Positions 26,716-40,490 of a DNA stretch of 64,000 bases are shown piece by piece. The notes below the pieces were generated by a model. The model was not told where the DNA came from, did not search any database, and worked only from the letters and a program-made list of their open reading frames with translations. The position numbers and the translations under genes are program-made. The DNA comes from Tubiluchus corallicola (taxonomy: Eukaryota > Animalia > Priapulida), in assembly GCA_030141605.1 (NCBI GenBank), contig JAQGDQ010000320.1, forward strand, positions 206,291 through 270,290, written 5' to 3'. Position 1 is the stretch's first letter, and every line of letters begins with the position of its first letter.

Positions 26716-29700
26716 TTATTTGCTTAGAGTGAGCTCAACATCTCTAGAATCCGCACGGAGTACGTACGTGATGTTGTCCTTATGAAATATGTGCAAAAAT
26801 GGTCCAGTTTTTGACCAGCATTGTGCAGCATGCTTTAGCAGCAGATTAGCTGTTTCCCTACTGTTGGTTATTGTTACTACATCTTCTTTGCCTGATTCAC
26901 TACCACTGTAAACTGTTATAGCTTTAGATGCAGCTAAAGCCTGTTCCTTTTGCAAAACACTAGTATCACAGTGTGCATCGTCACCATGGTAACTGTGACA
27001 AGGGGAATGACTGTCTTTTCTATAATGGTTCTTCGTTTTCTCACAAATATTTTTCGAGTCACCTACAGCATTGTCTGGGATACCAGATGTAGCTCTACTG
27101 TTCTCTTTGCACATCCTTGATTTCATACATTTGGCATTTGCTTGCTGTAACGATGCTCTCAGTTTTTCGTGAAGTCCTTTAAAAATCTTTTTAATGTTGT
27201 TACCCAATGTAAAAGACTGTACACCTTCAGGCACCGCATTAACTGTATCCAAAGCCGCCTTATTCTGGTAGCCGGTAGCTGCATACTGTTGATGACTGCA
27301 AGAAATGACAGATTTGCACAAGTCTGAATGGTGTTGGTTTTCTAGCTCCACTCTGTTGCCATGATTACTAACACCAAATTTAGTTTTTGGCGAGGGTACT
27401 GTACATAAAGTATGCCCCGAATTTACAACTGGACTCCACCAGAGAAGAGACGAAAATTTGTTGGCAGTATTTTCTGTACCACTTGGATCTGTTGTGGTGT
27501 CACAAACAGGACTTTCATTTGTATCTACGCGTAAAACAGGGGATGTGAATGGAGTGCTGTATGCTTTGGGTCCACCACACCTCTGCTGATCGGATACTAT
27601 TTTGGCTTCTCCGCAAAGTAGTGTTTCGCTTTGGCTTGTGCAGATGGAATCATCTTGAAATTTCACAGAATCGTGTTTCAAAAGCGTATGAAGATTGTTA
27701 ATCAAATGCAGAGCTCTTGAAAGGGGAATGTTAGCAATGATAGTGTCAGTTTTATACGATTCTGATGCAAGTAGTTTCCAAGGTATTGTCAACTTTCCGG
27801 GTAAGCAAATCAGCCCAGAATCACCCTGTTGTAAGGATAGTACCAAATAGAATGCACTGCCTGTACTTACTTGTTTGATAGCCCCAGCATTTGATAATGT
27901 TTGTCCTTTCAGGCAAATTTTTCTTTTCTGCAATGCGGTCTCCGACATTTCTAATGCTTCAATCCCATTTATTCTATGAAAAGTTGTATCAGTGTTATTA
28001 TTATTATTAGCGTTGGCATTTGATAAGTCATTTTTTTCGTCTTCAGTATAGAGTTTTTTGGAAGTGGGCGGAAAAAAGTCAATAGAAGCTTTTCGTTTAC
28101 CACATGCACCTCGGCTGTTGTCTGGCTTATTCTCAAAATCGACAAACGTAGATCTCTGGTCATTACACATTGCAGGGCTATTGCCCTCTTGATTTTTCTT
28201 GAACCTGTTTTGCAACTGAATCTGCTCAGGCAAACGCTCATCGCCAATGATTTTATGCAGCTGATAAGAGACGTCCTCCTTGTCATTTGGCTTGTTGTTG
28301 TCGTCAATTTTATTGGACTCAGACGACAAGAAATAGTCAGGTGTTAACAGCATTGTCCTGTCAGAACTCATTGGGCTGATATGCTGACGATGATCATCAT
28401 CATTACCATAATCGTCATCGTCACTGATTGTAATTACTTCAATGGAATCATCGTTATCCTGGAAAACATCCTTGCATTCGTTGAACCCGAATCCTTGATC
28501 TTCAGATAGTGCTTCAACATCATTTTCTTCACACATTCTGTCATACCACACTGTGTTGGATATACATTTATTTCCGCAGTCACCGCATGCACCGGCAACT
28601 ACGCCTTCATGGTTTGCTATGGGTTCCTTCAAAGCAGTGGCTCTTCTGTTTGAAGATAAAAAGCTGGGATAAAGCTGTGGATTTTCAAAACACTTTGTCT
28701 CATCAGTAATATTGCTGAGATTATGAGATGTACCACACACACTGTAGCTTGACTGGCCACTGAAGTACTCGGGTGCATTGGTTTTCTCCACCGATGTATT
28801 TGCCGATTCTGCATTATTTTCATCGTCTTGTGATGGCGGCAGTGACATAATGCCATCGCAGTAGGAATCATCAAACTTTGCTAAGTTTTCCTTGGCAACA
28901 TCGCAACAAGTTGGAGACAACAAACTTTCATCAACAAGCGTTCCTTTGTCATGCATTTCAGAAGCCAAGGCACTGCCATTAACGTCGCCACCACCTGCAC
29001 ATGTTAAAGGCTTTGCAGGACAATCTATTACGGAACTTTGTCCAGCTGTGCAACTGTTTTCATTACGCTTTGCTGGATTCAGTGCGTTATCGTTTTGGTG
29101 ATCACCATAACTATAGCTATGATCGTTATAAACACTTGGTTCGTGAGCACTAAGCAGAGGTTGCTTAGCATTACTGCTCTTCATTCTACTGTTTCGCTTG
29201 GCTTTGAGCGCACCAACTGCCTTGCGTGGGCATTGGTTTGAAATTTTAGCAAGCTGAGAAAAACCACTTTTTTCTTTGGCCTCTCTTAAAATTTGATTTA
29301 AAGTCTGACAACCAATACTTCCTGCACAAAAATATCTTCTGGTCCCTCTACTTTTGTTTATTCGCAAATAAAAAGGAGACTGCATCCGTTTCGTTTCTTT
29401 TGGCCGCATTGCCACTAAATAAAGATAGAGTAGACGATATGGACATAGCTGTGGATGAGCTTTATTCTCCACAAAATGTGCTTTGCCTCTAGATGAATGT
29501 AGGTGAAAATACTTCCTGTTGTCATTTAAGATACTGCATTCCATGTTTCCATATCGCAGTTCGCTATAGTGAAATGATACCGTGAAAACGTTCAGAGTGC
29601 AAGCTATAAGATGAACAACTTTTCGAGTTATCTCATCAGCATCTTTCACGTGAATGAGCTGCATTTCTTCCTCTATTTCATCCTGAGTAGGAGGTTCAAC

Positions 29701-30467
29701 TGTGAAATGTTTATACAGCAAGTTACTTGACGGCATTTCTGTTGTGGCAATAGTGCCAGCAACAGGTGATACGGTATACTCCTCCTGTGAACTATAGTAG
29801 GATGCTAGTTTAGGATGGTCTATGGCTGCTCTTGCTGCAGAAGCAGGCAAAATTCGTATTTTCATTCCACTTCTTGCAAGGTACTGATCTAAGCCGAACA
29901 TGATCATCTTCATCGTCGGTTCACTGTCTGCGCACGTTTTCTTTGCAGAGGCAATGAACTTTTGCAGCAACATTGCAATGTCATTAGAATTAACTGTTGC
30001 AATATCAATGCAGCTAAATCGCTCGGTGTTTGTGCACCAATTTCGCCATTCCGTAACTGCATATTTAATAATTCTGTCAATGTCGCTGGTTGTACATGTA
30101 CAGTCTGAACAAGGCATGCATAGATTCATAGGATTTTTGCACGTACTTGCTATAGATGAAACATTCAACTTACTATTTGAAAAATTAACGCTCCAGTCAT
30201 CGTTGGGACTGTTTGTGTCAAGCGTATTATCTGGGGTAACCACTTCCCTTTTCACAACAGGTAATTCGTCGTGAAAACTGGAAAAATTTCGTGCATTATT
30301 GTACCTGGAGTCATCTGTATTGAGACCGTTCTCGTAAGGTAGAGTCTTAGTACTGCTGCTACCATCACTGGAAACTTCCAGACTGTCATTGGCTTGATTA
30401 TTTTCAGGTGAAATGCTTTCACTCACACGTGGTAAGGTAGGAACAGCAGGAGAGCAGCAGTAAGACA
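26716..30467 (-). CDS. 3.75-kb terminal exon encoding a DUF3504 (Crypton tyrosine-recombinase-derived, ZMYM/QRICH1/KCTD1-like) domain plus long low-complexity regions; isoform B of the zinc-finger gene (~1429 aa)
   Basis: Acceptor TTTTCCTTTCCTCTAG, phase 1; motifs KYAVTEWRNW, LLQKFIASAKK, GLDQYL, LCPYRLLYLYL..MRP, SPFYLR, SIGCQTLNQIL..AKEKSG, ISNQCPR at about 30076-29210. Confidence 0.8.
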
Positions 30468-31389
30468 CTAGAGGAAAGGAAAATGGGAAAATTATAGGTT
30501 TAGATTGAAAGGAAACATGCATTTGCTAGAGGGACAAAAGCAAATAATGCATGGTAATTCAATCATAATGACACACAACACGTGTTTCTTACACAATTCA
30601 GCAGAGTTAAGTATTATCTAATTAGATTTACTTGTAATTTTAATGTACAGATCACGCAAATTTTAGATGTAAAATTGATTTCTTGAGCTGAAAAAAATAG
30701 TTTGCAAACTAGACAACAGACATGATAATGAAACAATTTATTATTAATAGTGAGAATTAATGACCAGCATGTTCGATGTGCATATTTTTGTTACGGATTA
30801 CAGCAAGGTCATTAGAAGAACACATTAATTTTGTTGCAACATGTTTCAATGGACACTAATCACTAATAAGCTATAAGCTCTACAGGCAGATTAGTCACCA
30901 TCACTAGAAAATATCTCGTCGGTTTAAAAATGGAAATCACGTTAAGTATTCTAGGTGCAAGTATACACTGTACGCAAACTCCTAATTTGAAATTCAAATG
31001 CTACGTAGTGTAGAATAACACGATGTTAACAATGGAAAGCATATTTCATAGGTCAGGGCAGGTACCAAAATAAATCAGTGACAGTGTAACAAACAATGAA
31101 GGATGATTCACAGGCTGAAATAAATAATAAGATTCGCAGAGAGAGAGACCAACTTGGCAATAAATTGTACAGCTTTTTCATGAAGAAACATAAAGAATGA
31201 ATGGATCAGATCTGTTGGCAGGAAGACTGATAAGTAACAAATGAAATGCCTAAAGCAAAACAGAAAACAGCATTAAATGCCAAAAACTAAAAACAAAGAC
31301 ACATGGAAGAGATATTAGCCAGACAATAATCATAGACAAACAGAAACCCTGATGGACAAAATGTTTAGTATATCACAGGCAATATGACT

Positions 31390-32834
31390 TTACATATCAA
31401 GCTGCATTATTCCCAAATCATCGCTAGCATCGACGAAGGCATGATGTCGTTCCAGCTTTTGCTTTAAATTGAATCTGACTTTGCGAATATGACTGTCCAT
31501 AGCGGTCTTGCACAGCTTCCACTCCGCGTTTTCGTCTCCACCGTGTTGCAATGGATACTTTTCGAATACCTCTTCTCGAATTGCAGCCTGCACGGACGGG
31601 TTAATTCTTCGATATCGACCTTTGCCCGTAAGATTTGCGGTGAGAAGCAGCTCGTTGCTTCTCTTAAAGATCAAGTTAAGAAGAGTACGCGCATAGTGTG
31701 CTCTTGTGCCGTTATGTTTACTTAGAGCCATGTCTGCAACACTTTCGTGAATTGTGGAAGGAAAAAATATCTTTTCTGACCCATCGGAGTTATATAGTTC
31801 TTCGGGATCGATCACAAGTGGAGTGTCAACAGGAATGATGGGTGTGCTTGTCAACGCTTCACACTTTCGTACAACAGCTGTACCAGCCGCCCATCCTGGT
31901 TCAAAAGTACGATCGTGAGCGCCTGTGTCCTCTCCCTCGTCATAACGATGCGACTGCGATGCATCGAAGACTTCGTCTTTGATATTAACTTTTTGATTTG
32001 GCAGATACTCCAGACTGTGAACAGGGAATGATTCTACCGAACAAGGACTCTTTGGTGACGTTGGAGCACTAACTGGGTATCCCAATTCAGAATTATCGGC
32101 CGCAGCTGATAAGTTGAGGTTGGTCATTCGATGCGAATTTGTGCAGGTTTCATTAGCTTGTGATGTAGGATGCGCAAAAGTCATCTGTGCACGACTAAAA
32201 TTCTGCTGCTCTGCTTTGCTCATAGATAAGTTTATTGGCTGAGGTAAATTTGAATGTAAATTTGATACATTTGCAATGTGTGTTTCAGAAAAATTTTTCA
32301 CAGCAATGACTGATATTTCATCGTCTTTTGATTCCTGCAAATCATAATTTGCTTTCATATATTTTGACATTGGCACTAATGACTCAGTAAGAGTTTCATT
32401 TGCACAATTCTTAGAATCAGACTTATTTACACAATTTTCTGCTACTGTCCTGTTTGGTTTGAAAATGTATTTCAACTTTCTTTTTCTAGACTTTGGTACT
32501 GGACTGTAGCTTTTAATAATTTCAATCAACTGTTCTAACTTAACACGGAGTGGTTCTAGAGCAAGAGTCATGGCATTTGTTATCGTTTCTTCCAGAGCAA
32601 TATTATTTTCCGACTTGACACGATCCGTGCATTGTCCAGGTATTTTCTCCATTTCAGCATACAATTCCTTCTCCAAATGAGGAGACTTGGTCGTACCACG
32701 CTTAATTTTAAAATCAACGGGCAGTCGAGTGTTATTCAAATGCAGGCTTTGACTTGTTGTCGTACTCGAACTTTTGTTCACAATGGAACAGCAACGCTGC
32801 ATCTCTAACTTTTTGCTGCAGGAGCACACGGATT
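31390..32834 (-). CDS. Terminal exon encoding a coiled-coil segment, disordered linker and C-terminal BEN domain; isoform A of the zinc-finger gene (~660 aa)
   Basis: Acceptor CATTTCAG, phase 1; BEN-like signature YARTLLNLIF...ELLLTANLTGKG..RINPSVQAAIREEVFEKYP...WKLCKTAMDSHIR at about 31740-31460. Confidence 0.85.
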
Positions 32835-33527
32835 CTGAAATGTAGGTAGTAGCAAGTTAAAGGTTCAAAAAGTGCTACAAAAATGGGTGTCTGAGATTCA
32901 AGAAAGCCGATCATAAACCATTCAGACAAGTGAGAGAAATCCAGGACACTTACTAAGCTCCATTATAAAAACAAGTACTTTATTTAGAACTTTGTTCCCT
33001 ACTTGGCAACACATTGGCAAAATGTGAAATCTTGACACCTGATAAAAAATAATGGCACACAAATCCAATCGGATTGTGCCCATATTACACCAAACCGTAA
33101 TACCTGAGCAGAAATACTGTGAGCGCTTAGTTTTAGTATAGAAAAAGCACAGCTCGGGTTTTTAACTGATAAGCACTACGATGGAAGGGGCACCAAAAAA
33201 GCTGATCCTTTAAGCAGTTAAACCTTTGAAGGGAAGAAGTTTACACAATCTTTTGATTAAAAACCTTGATACGTCTTTGTCTGACAACAACTGACACAGC
33301 TTATATAGGCTGCCTCGTTCCTGGCATGGAAACGGCCCAAAACGTGCTCAAAAGCATACCAAAACATTGAAAACAACAATCTATATACAGTTCTTGACAA
33401 GTGTTGCAGCTTATTGAAAAACTATAAAGAAAATTTTAAAATAGGGTAAAATTTACAAAACTGTCATGTTGTTGGTATCATGCACAACTTTTAAAAAATG
33501 AGAATGTAAAAAAGTTGTTAAACTTAC

Positions 33528-36118
33528 TATATTCTGGTTTTTCCAAATCAACTTCAGTTTTCTCTTTGGTGTGGCATTCCTCTGCTTGCTGTGGACTTCT
33601 GTATGTTGACATCGGGCTGCTGTCAGCTAACTGAGGGCTGCAAACTTGTTGTTTCGGTGCCTCAGAAACCGCTGTGTTCAACGGTGACGACAGAGATGCC
33701 CGATGTGACTTTGTATGCTAGAAATTTAATTTTACAACACCTTATTTATAATAATAGTTGCATTTCATGGTCCCGTTTTGCAACTTCCCGACTGCCAAAG
33801 AACTTTTGTTCACTTGAACAAAGAAGGTTTGAACTCTTTCAAGTCTATTTGGGAATCTGCGATAAACTCTAAACCAGGGGTGTGCAAATTATCTGACTAG
33901 CCGGGCCACATTAAACTTTCCCGCAATTCCTGCGGGCCACAGGCAGTTTGATCAAGGAGCCAAGTACAGAAATGCCTAATAACGATTTTTTTGCATCTGA
34001 CCTGCGTACATCATTACTACTACACTCAAGAAACTATTTTAGAAGTTATTAAAATTTATATTACAAACCATATATTTCTACTTTCAGGACAGATAGTGGT
34101 AATTTCATTACAATGCATATTAGTAATGTGTATCACACAGTCTGTGTAGTACAGTGACATTAAGCTACAACCGTCTTGTAACGGTTAATGGCATCCGATC
34201 TAGTAGAAAAAACTACCCACACTATCTTTGAGATCGTGGCACGGACTTCACCTGGATACACTCAATTAATCGCCCGGGGCCGCACTTTCATTAGGTTGAC
34301 AAATCTCTTCGTGGGCCGCACAAATTCTCTCGGCGGGCCGCAATTTGCACACCCCCGCTCTAAACCTATTACTCTTTTAGTTCCTATCACATCATTTACG
34401 TCTGAAATTTTGCTGATTTTTTTTTTATATTTTCTATGACGGGCAAATTAAATCGAAAATGCTCAACATTTCAGCTGCTTATGCTCATCATAGTTATAAC
34501 ACCAAGCTACAAGACAGGTCTACAGCCAAGTTTATAAAACCACTATCGAGGCCTCATTTCATCAAGCAAGTGCATCAAGATACTGGGACATCAAAAAGTT
34601 CATCTTCACCATTTTTGCGTTTTTCTGACATTTACGCGATTCTCGCTACGTTTTGCATCACGGAACAACATATAGAAACAAAAGTATGGCTATATAAACC
34701 GTGGATTTTCACATAAGTTACAAACGAATTGAGCAAAATACCTTTACATGAGTGGACAAATGCTGTTGTATTCCAGAAAGCGTCATGAACAAGGGTCCGG
34801 TACACATGTGACACTTGAACATATTTATTTCTTCTCCAGTGTCAATGCTGCTTCCCTTTAGAGCTGTCACCACCGGTGTTTCTTTCATTACATTAAACCT
34901 ATGCATCACCAATTATCGTTACAGAACTTATCATAGTGTTGCCATAATGTTACAACAAGCTACTGTACAGAACAAGAATCAGATAGGCAAAAGCAGATGA
35001 CATATTGAATCGGAGTAAGAAACGGAAGTTGCATTCACTTCATCTATCACTTGTTCTCTTATTAAATTGTTATAGACTAAAGCTTTTAAATTATACATTA
35101 AACTTTCATAACAAAGACTGCCAATTGCAAGGCTAGTTGCACATTTTATAAGCTAACTGTCACCAATTTACAAGCAGAAATCTTAGGCCTGATGTGGGCT
35201 TTGACCACTGGAACTGATTACAAATGACTCCACTTGAATACAGTCAAATTGCTATGAACAGCATCTTTTTATTACAGTTCAACTTCGTCATGATGCCCCC
35301 CCTCCCCCCTCTCCAACCTTGCTCAACACCCAGATTTTCAGCAAAACAAAATATCTATATTTGCTTAAATATGTATGTACTAATGCATCTCGTTATAATG
35401 TCAAAGTCTCCATAATGCCAACTTCTTTGCAGTCCTCAAGTAGGCAGTATAAAGAGATTTGACAGTACATTCATATCTCGGTTTGCTAGACAAGTGCTGG
35501 GAGACATCGGTCCAAATTTGTCGATTGTCCGTATTTATCGATACTAAACTAATACAGTAGGCGTGTATTTGACTCATGGTAATGTAAAATCAATTGCCTA
35601 ATTGTCTCAGAAACGTCTAGTATGGGCCGCTCCTGATATACAAACTACACATGTGTCATTACACGCTGTTTGGTTGCACTGGTGTAATGATGTAAACAAA
35701 ATGACGGCCCGTCAACTATCGGTCAGCTCTTGAAACAACGGACTGTGTCCGTAGTATGCAGGACTTTTAATGGTCCCAGATTTTGTCCAATATTTCTAAT
35801 ATCTGTAAAAGCGACCTCCAGCAAACCGAGATATGAGTGTACATCAATGTTCGTATCCTAGTGACTCCATTATAATACTAAGCAGTAACGGGATAGATAC
35901 CTTATGTCTGTTATCTATAAAACTTACCTTACAGAATATGCTAGCGGACAATCATTAATAGACAACTCATGCCGACTGACCAACTCTTCATTTGTAGGCG
36001 TAGTTTCGTCTTTGGTAAAAGTGCCCTCGCACACGTCACTTGAATTGCATTCGTCACTGTTACACTTGGACGTTTCGTCTGCACTAGACTGACTAGACAA
36101 ATGATTTTGAACTTCCAT
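33528..36118 (-). CDS. Shared 5' coding exons of a C2H2 zinc-finger protein (36118-35928, 34898-34742, 33717-33528)
   Basis: Phase-consistent GT-AG joins (2, 0, 1); finger FKCHMCTGPLFMTLSGIQQHLSTH; probable non-coding exon with AAG|GTGAGT donor ending at 36794. Confidence 0.8.
33875..34357. mobile_element. hAT MITE family A copy 2 (inverted relative to copy 1)
   Basis: TIRs CAGGGGTGTGCAAATT/AATTTGCACACCCCCG; perfect 8-bp TSD CTCTAAAC. Confidence 0.92.
35468..35839. mobile_element. Tc1/mariner/pogo-type MITE
   Basis: TA|CATTCATATCTCGGTTTGCTAGA ... TCCAGCAAACCGAGATATGAGTG|TA. Confidence 0.75.
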
Positions 36119-37648
36119 TTGGTGTACTGGCAGTTAAATCAGATGGTAGAAACGAGTCACATTCATTATTCCTGAAAAAAATCATACATATCAAGACTAG
36201 ACCTTAGAAGCTGAAATAACCAAATTTTACATCATCAAGTATTCTAAAAGTTCTCTAAGTTTTATATAACGGGAATGTGTATCATATTAAATGGAAGTCT
36301 ACATCATATGTATTTTAGCAAAATGTGCCTGGCCAAATACTTTTGACATAATTGTAAGTAAATTATTCTTACCAAGTTAAAAAAGACAGTTGTACAAAAA
36401 TTATTTTTTTACTAAGAATTAAACCAGTCTTACTTATATGCAGCAAAAAGAGCCCAAGACACAAATTCCAACAACTTCAAATTTGCTAAAAGCAAGAGGA
36501 GATCAAACTAGTAGAGATGACAAGACAACACTGCAGCAGACAAATGCTAAAACAATTAGTCAATGGAAGTCGTGTACGTGTACAACCTACAGATGGAATA
36601 ATTTCTGAACAGCAAAAAGTGAATACCATATTATATTATGACACATGAAGTGATAACTTTTCAAATGCTAGGAAGAAATGGGCAGTGGAGGCGACAAAAT
36701 CTCTGATATACAGAAATAGACAACCACATCAAAAAAATCACAACCTTACCACAGCAGCACCGAAAGTTTAAAACCGCACAATAATATACTCACCTTTGCC
36801 GAATCAACGAATGAGAAGAAAAACATGAAAAATGACAAACAAACAACCGTAAACATCATAAGATACGGAAGAGCCATTAAGTCTCCTAACAATTAGACTT
36901 GTAAGTTTTAATTAACCTGTTTGCCTAGTGCATCATCCAAGTTTCATCCAATTCCTACTTACATGGCTATCAAAAATTCATGTTTCATGTTTCAAATATG
37001 AAAATTGCTACATGTTTCGATATGCTGTTGGACTGGGTGGTAACTTTGTGGTACTTTTATTTGTTTTTAATTATGTGAAACGTTGTTACTGAAAATAATT
37101 TTGTGGATCTAAAGAAAAGCTTCTGAAAGTCCTAATTGCAGCTGAAAAGATTAGCATTTCTTGCAAGAACTACATTTTATTTTTCCACTATAAATAAAGG
37201 CAAAAAATGTCATGACGTAATTATTACAGCATGAGAAAATGAAATGATGGCAAGTTACACAAAAGATTCTACAGTGTACACATTATGGGTTAATATGATC
37301 TAAAATCATTCCTGTAAACAAAATTGAGTTTTACTTCTACTAGCACATTACTCGAACATTATTTTAATATCATTTGAACTTAACATAACTAGTGTGTGCA
37401 CAAGCAGGAAAGCAAGCATGTATACCTTCACGCATGATGACTATTTTCAGAGTCCTGATGGTCTTCCAGGAACAGCTTTTAAAACCTACTGACATGTAAA
37501 ACAAGTTTGGGTCTATTCACCGATTATTCAATGTTATCTAATTACTGTGAAAAGACAGTTAAAATAATAGCCTGTAAGACGACTTCATTATCCAAAGTCA
37601 CTGAAACAGATAATAGATAAATGGTTTTAGTTCAGTATGTAATTACTG

Positions 37649-37820
37649 GGATCAAATCAAGCGCGATATTGTGTCTCCTCTTGGGCTCGACCGCCGCCAC
37701 CAAGTTTCCGATGATCTCACAGAGCTGCTGTCGCACTGCGAGGACCGGAAGCAGTGGCGTGCAATGGCTCGGGATGCTACCTGTGCAGGCCTGCCTCCAA
37801 CTGGAAGGGGCAGCATGTAA
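37649..37820 (+). mobile_element. 5'-truncated 3' end of the same RTE family as 2540-3130
   Basis: ATCAAATCAAGCGCGATATTG...CAAGTTTCCGATGATCT...GAGGACCGGAAGCAG shared with about 2969-3130. Confidence 0.8.
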
Positions 37821-39507
37821 CTCTGTCAGCCTGCAAAAATGCTTGTACATTTACGTGCACCTCTTCAGGTATCAATTCTGGGCTGATGCTCTCTTCTAGA
37901 AAGAAATAATGACGTTCATGACGTCATCCCTTATGCTTTTACGTCGCAGATTCAATAAAATTGTTCTCCTCTAACGATCTTAAACTTTTCCTGCACACGT
38001 TAAGACACAACCTTGCATTTGATCTTGACTGGCTCATGCTGTATAAAATGTCTTATCATTATTTCTAAAAACTGTAAAGATTAAAATCGTTACTCTTCTG
38101 CTAATTTACCTAAAATTACTCCGCTGTTCTAAAAATAAAAATCCCCAAAGCTTAGATTTTTACAAAGAAAACATAATGAAACCTCTCCGCTCTTACAGGG
38201 AAATTCTGAAAATTGTTGAAAAAGCACTTACTTGTTCACAGACGCTCGAATTCAATTCGACCCTATGTTTATTTTACCAGTCTTCACTTTTCAGATTACA
38301 CCACAGAATTACAAGGTGTCACATGGATTGGACATGTTGTAACATAAGTAGCTAAAAATAATAATATTAATAATAACAATAATATTTTTATCTTTATTTA
38401 ATGTTAACATTTGCGAAACAATTTATATTATGATGAAAATAAACTTTTTTATGCCAACATGCGTAAAATGCAGATGCCCCATTACCCATTACACATACCA
38501 TCTGGTCCTGACCTTTTGCTGGAGGGAGTGGGACAAGGATAATGAGTAATAGTTATTAGGGTGTAGTGTAGAATAATGTAGTTTACCACGAGACTGCTCA
38601 ATTAATTAAGAATCTATTATCTGACTCTCAAGTCTCAATATTGATAGTGGAAGCCTCATGTGCTCGCACAGCCTATAGTCTTGAGGAAAGACCCGAAGAG
38701 ATTAGGACCTTGCAGATGGTTCCAAGCTTGTGTGCAGAATATTGATCTATACAGCAATGCTTGGATAATTTTAGTAACATTTTTGTGAAGATCACGTGAC
38801 CTTATCAGGCAAAATTTTTAGCTGATGAAAAATCTAACACGCATAGAATCATGTTAGATTCTAGTTTATGCAGTCTAGCCACTGTAGCAACTCAAGACGA
38901 TTACCATTTGTATACAGATCTATTGCAAAGTGTAATGCAAATGATTAGTTCTTGTATTCAGAACACTAAGATGAGATCGAGATGTTAGAGCACTATAATG
39001 TTATACTTAACGGTTTGATGTTAACAATCTTGTGTTATTATGATTGTAATGGTATGTCTTCATGTAATTGTACGTTAGTCTTCATCTTTTTCTGCCTGGT
39101 TACCCTGATGCACAAAGGTCCCACCGTCCAGACAGTGAATTGAACCGATTGTGCGAAGATGCGCCACATTTCCGTTTTAGGCTTAGGCATGATTGAAAAA
39201 AAAACGTGAAACCATTGCGAAATAAGTTGCACGTACTCGTATTATAATTGTAATAGCGTCATTTCTTCGTACGTCTGAACTTCACGGGTTTGTCACCATT
39301 CTTAACTGCTTTCTGATGTTCAATGTAATTTAGTTATTTCACTAACATCTTTCTTAGAACTGCAAGGGAACAGGATGGTAAAACCAATAGATCAGCTATC
39401 GCCAGCAGGCGTTTTGGTTTGCGAGCACTACGTGGGGACGTTCGCGTTTGCTTAACATATACTGCGTAACGTAGCTTGTACCATTTTGCTGTGTCCTGCG
39501 CAGTGCC

Positions 39508-40490
39508 TTAATTAGGCGCTATTACACTCGCACCTCCTAGTTTTTTCTAGGTTATTACTTGTTTCTAAGCTCGTAGGTCGTTATGCTATTATTCTCACGT
39601 CATCAGTGAATGTTTCCGCTAATCTCGTGGTAATTTACTCATATATTTAGTGTATGATTACCAATAATTATTGTATTCACAGTTCTACACTATACAGTTC
39701 GTATCGACATTATGTTTGTGTGTGTAGTCACGTGACGAATTTCGTACTAGTTTATGCATTATCAGGGCTTAGCTTAAAACGCACGTGACACACTTTTATC
39801 TTAACCGCATTTACGAAATAAAGAAAAAACCTTTGCTTTTATAATCTAATAATACTACAGTAATAAACAAAAATTAATGATAAATAACTGTAGTCGTCTA
39901 AAATAATTTCCTCGTATATGCCAGCTTGGATCTGACTATACAGTGAAGAAGAAACAAAAAATTTGGGAAGTCTTTTGAAGAAAAGACAATAATAATAATA
40001 ATTGCATTTTAGTTTTATATACTCATTATCACCACCATTATTGCAGTGTTATTTTTATCGTTATCGTCATCACTACCACTATTCTGATGCCATCGAAACA
40101 GCAAAGATGCCGCGATAAATATTTTACATTAATATTTTTGAAATAGCGAGGGAACTCTGTAATACGATACAAACTCCATTGGCTGCAACCATAATAATCA
40201 TAAATTATGCAAAGAAACTAAAAATACAGGTTAAGTGCCACTACGTCACTGCGCGAGAGCGATTGCGCATGAGTGGTGTAAACACAGTTATGCACGTGGA
40301 GCTTCTTGCGTGTTGGTGATGGTAAGTAATGTATGACTTTAATCTGGAATTGTAACTCATAAAAACCAATAATATTATGGGAATATGGTGTATATTACGC
40401 CTGTTGGGCTGCTTTTCGGCCTGCAGGCATGAAAACAAACAATAGGCCTGAAAAAACTAGAAGGTGCGAAAGTGTAACAGTGCCCCTTAA
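39508..40490. mobile_element. Old non-autonomous DNA transposon with ~40-bp TIRs and TTAA flanks (Kolobok-like?)
   Basis: Left TTAA..GGCGCTATTACACTCGCACCTCCTAGTTTTTTC versus right GAAAAAACTAGAAGGTGCGAAAGTGTAACAGTGCCCC-TTAA. Confidence 0.5.
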
